64,000 bases of DNA, taken from NCBI RefSeq assembly GCF_009914755.1, contig NC_060933.1; one strand, written 5' to 3'. The position numbers were made by a program, and so were the translations under genes. The notes beneath the pieces were generated by a model. It did not search any database, was not told where the DNA came from, and worked only from the letters and a program-made list of their open reading frames with translations. The first letter of the stretch is position 1. Every line of letters starts with the position of its first letter. The DNA comes from the human T2T-CHM13v2.0 reference genome, Homo sapiens. Positions 61,815-64,000 of the stretch are shown piece after piece.

Positions 61815-64000
61815 CCTAAACATACCAGAAGGCCAAGCGGCAATGAGATATTTCATATGGCAGGAGTAGGAGTAAGACAGAGAGAGGAAGGAGCTGCCGC
61901 ATCCTGTTATACAACCAGATCTCATGAGAACTCACTATCAGGAGATCAGCATCAAGAAGATTAACCATTGGTGAAGGAACCACCGCCCATACCACCACCC
62001 ACTGTTTCCAGGCAGAAGCCTCCTGCAGAGGCAGAGCCTCTTGGGAAACTTCCACTATGGCAGTGCAGAAGGAAAATATGGGCTTGGAGCCCCCACACAG
62101 GAGGCCACCATCCTCCAGACCCCAGATTCATAAGCCCACCAACAGCTCACACCCTCAGTATGGAAAAGCTACAGGCACTCCACACCAGCCTAGCCCATGA
62201 GAGCAGACATGGGGGCTGAAGCCTGCAAAGCCACAGGTGCACTCTTCTAGTAGAGGTTTTCCATGAGCCTCTGCCTCTGAAGCATAATACTCCCCCTTCC
62301 TACTACCCCCCACCCTCCCACCACCCTACTGCCAACCTACTTCCCACCCTACCCACCCCTTTTCCTTCCAACCCCAACCCCCTCCTGCCATGATTAAATC
62401 ACCTCCCACCAGGTCGCACCTTCAACATTAAGGAGTACAATTCACAGGAGTTTTGGTAAAGAAACACAGCCAAACCATATTATTCTGACCCTGATACCCC
62501 AGAATCTCACGTCCTTCTCACAGAGCAACATACATTCATGCCTTTTCAAAAGTTTCCAAAAGTCTTAACTCATTCCAGCATTAACTCTAATGTAAAAAGG
62601 TCAACATCTCATCTGAGACAAGTCTACAGTCCCTTTTGCCTATGAGTCCCTGAATTTAAAAGGATGTTCTTTTCTTTCAGGGTACAATGATGGTACAGGC
62701 ATTGGGTAAGCTTTCTCAATTCAAAGGGAAGAAAATTCCCAGGAAAAAAAAAAACACAAATAGAACCACAAGCCCAATACAAGTCCAAAACCCAGAAGGC
62801 CAGTATCCATTCAATCTCATAGCTCCAAAATCATGAAGAAAACTCACTATCATAAGCACAGCAATAAGGAGATGATGTTTAATCATTTGTGAAGGATCCG
62901 CCCCACCACCACCACTTTTCACCCCTCACCCCCACCATAATCCCCTCATTCTGCCTACCCCCCACCTTCCAACCCCCATTCTCCACCATGATTAAATCAC
63001 CCTCCACCAGGCCCCACCTTTAACTTTATTATTCTGTCCCTGGCTCCCAAATCTCATGTCCTTCTCACATTGCAAAGTACAATGATGCCTTCCCTACAGT
63101 CCCCCCCAGTCTTATATCATTCCAGCATTCATACAAATGTCCAAAGCTTAAAGTCTCATCTGACACAAGGCTACAGTCCCTTAGGCACATGAGCCTCTGA
63201 ACTGTAAAGCAAGTTAACTACTTCCAAGGTACAATGCTTGTGCAGGCAATGGGTAAGCATTCTCTACCAAAAGGAAGAATTTTGCCAGAAAGAAAAAAAC
63301 ACGTACAGAACTTACAGGCCCCATGAAACTCCAAACCCAGAAGGCCAGTCATTCAATCCTACAGTTCCAAAATCACCCTTTTTGAAACCTTGTCCCACAT
63401 CCAGGGCACAGGGACAAGAGGGCTGGGCTCTGATGGCCTTGGGCAGCTCTGCACCTGTGGCTTTGCAGGGTTTATGCCCCACAGCTGCCCCCATGGGCAG
63501 CGCTGGTGTTGAGTGCATGTAGCTTTTCACAACTGATGGTACAAGCTGTTGGTGGGTCTGTGAATCTGGGGTCTGCATGATGGTGGCCTCCAGTGTGGGG
63601 GCTCCAACCCCATATTTTCCTTCTACACTGTCCTAGTAGAGGTTTCTTATGAGGCTCTGCCTTTTGGGGATGCTTTTGTCTGGTCACCCAGGCATTTCCA
63701 TACATCTTCCAAAGTCTACAGAGAGGCTCCCAAGCCTCTAGTCTCATGATCCATCCACCCAGTGGCTTAACACTATGAGGAAGTTACCAAGGCTTCTAGC
63801 TTGCACCCTCTGAAGCAGTGACCCAAGCTGCATCTGTGCATTTTCAGCCATGGCTGGAGCTGGCGCTGCAGGGATGCAGGCAGCAGTGTCCTGAGGCTGC
63901 ACATAGAGGGGGGTCACAGGACTGGCCCAGGAAACCATTCTGCTCTCCTAGGGCCCAGGGCCTGTGACAGCATGGGCTGCTGCAGAGGTCTCTGAAATGC
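61815..64000 (-). mobile_element. MaLR (MST-like) LTR and internal sequence, rearranged and duplicated
   Basis: accagatctcatgagaactcactatca, gattaaatcacctcccaccagg, cacagccaaaccatat, tctcatctgagacaag, agctccaaaatca, gcagtgtcctgaggctgc. Confidence 0.8.

Overview
Primate (almost certainly human) genomic DNA that is repeat-dense and has no intact protein-coding gene. It holds three recognisable pseudogenes. (1) A minus-strand GAS2L1 retrocopy (~3650-6464) inserted into a MER31-like LTR; it appears to retain its first intron and remains a CpG island. (2) A minus-strand vomeronasal type-1 receptor pseudogene (~21540-22410). (3) A plus-strand processed copy of the bicistronic SMIM10L3(uORF)-FAM220A mRNA (48974-51420) with a 16-bp TSD, inserted in an old L1. 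From recalled annotation (not verified), this gene order matches the chromosome 9 GAS2L1P-VN1R-FAM220 duplicon, most likely the 9q22.33 copy (GAS2L1P2, VN1R51P, FAM220CP); a paralogous block lies at 9p13. The rest is Alu, L1, L2, MIR, LTR/ERV, Charlie and SVA sequence, and the window ends in a duplicon-type block with an inverted repeat, a CCACTGACCAGG minisatellite and scrambled MaLR pieces. The most unusual observations are an inverted ERV gag 5' segment with 35-bp inverted breakpoint duplications, a local inverted templated insertion, an orphan retrotransposed 410-bp segment, an SVA without TSD, and apparent CpG gain in the GAS2L1 retrocopy. Repeat subfamily names are from recognition, and repeat boundaries are approximate.
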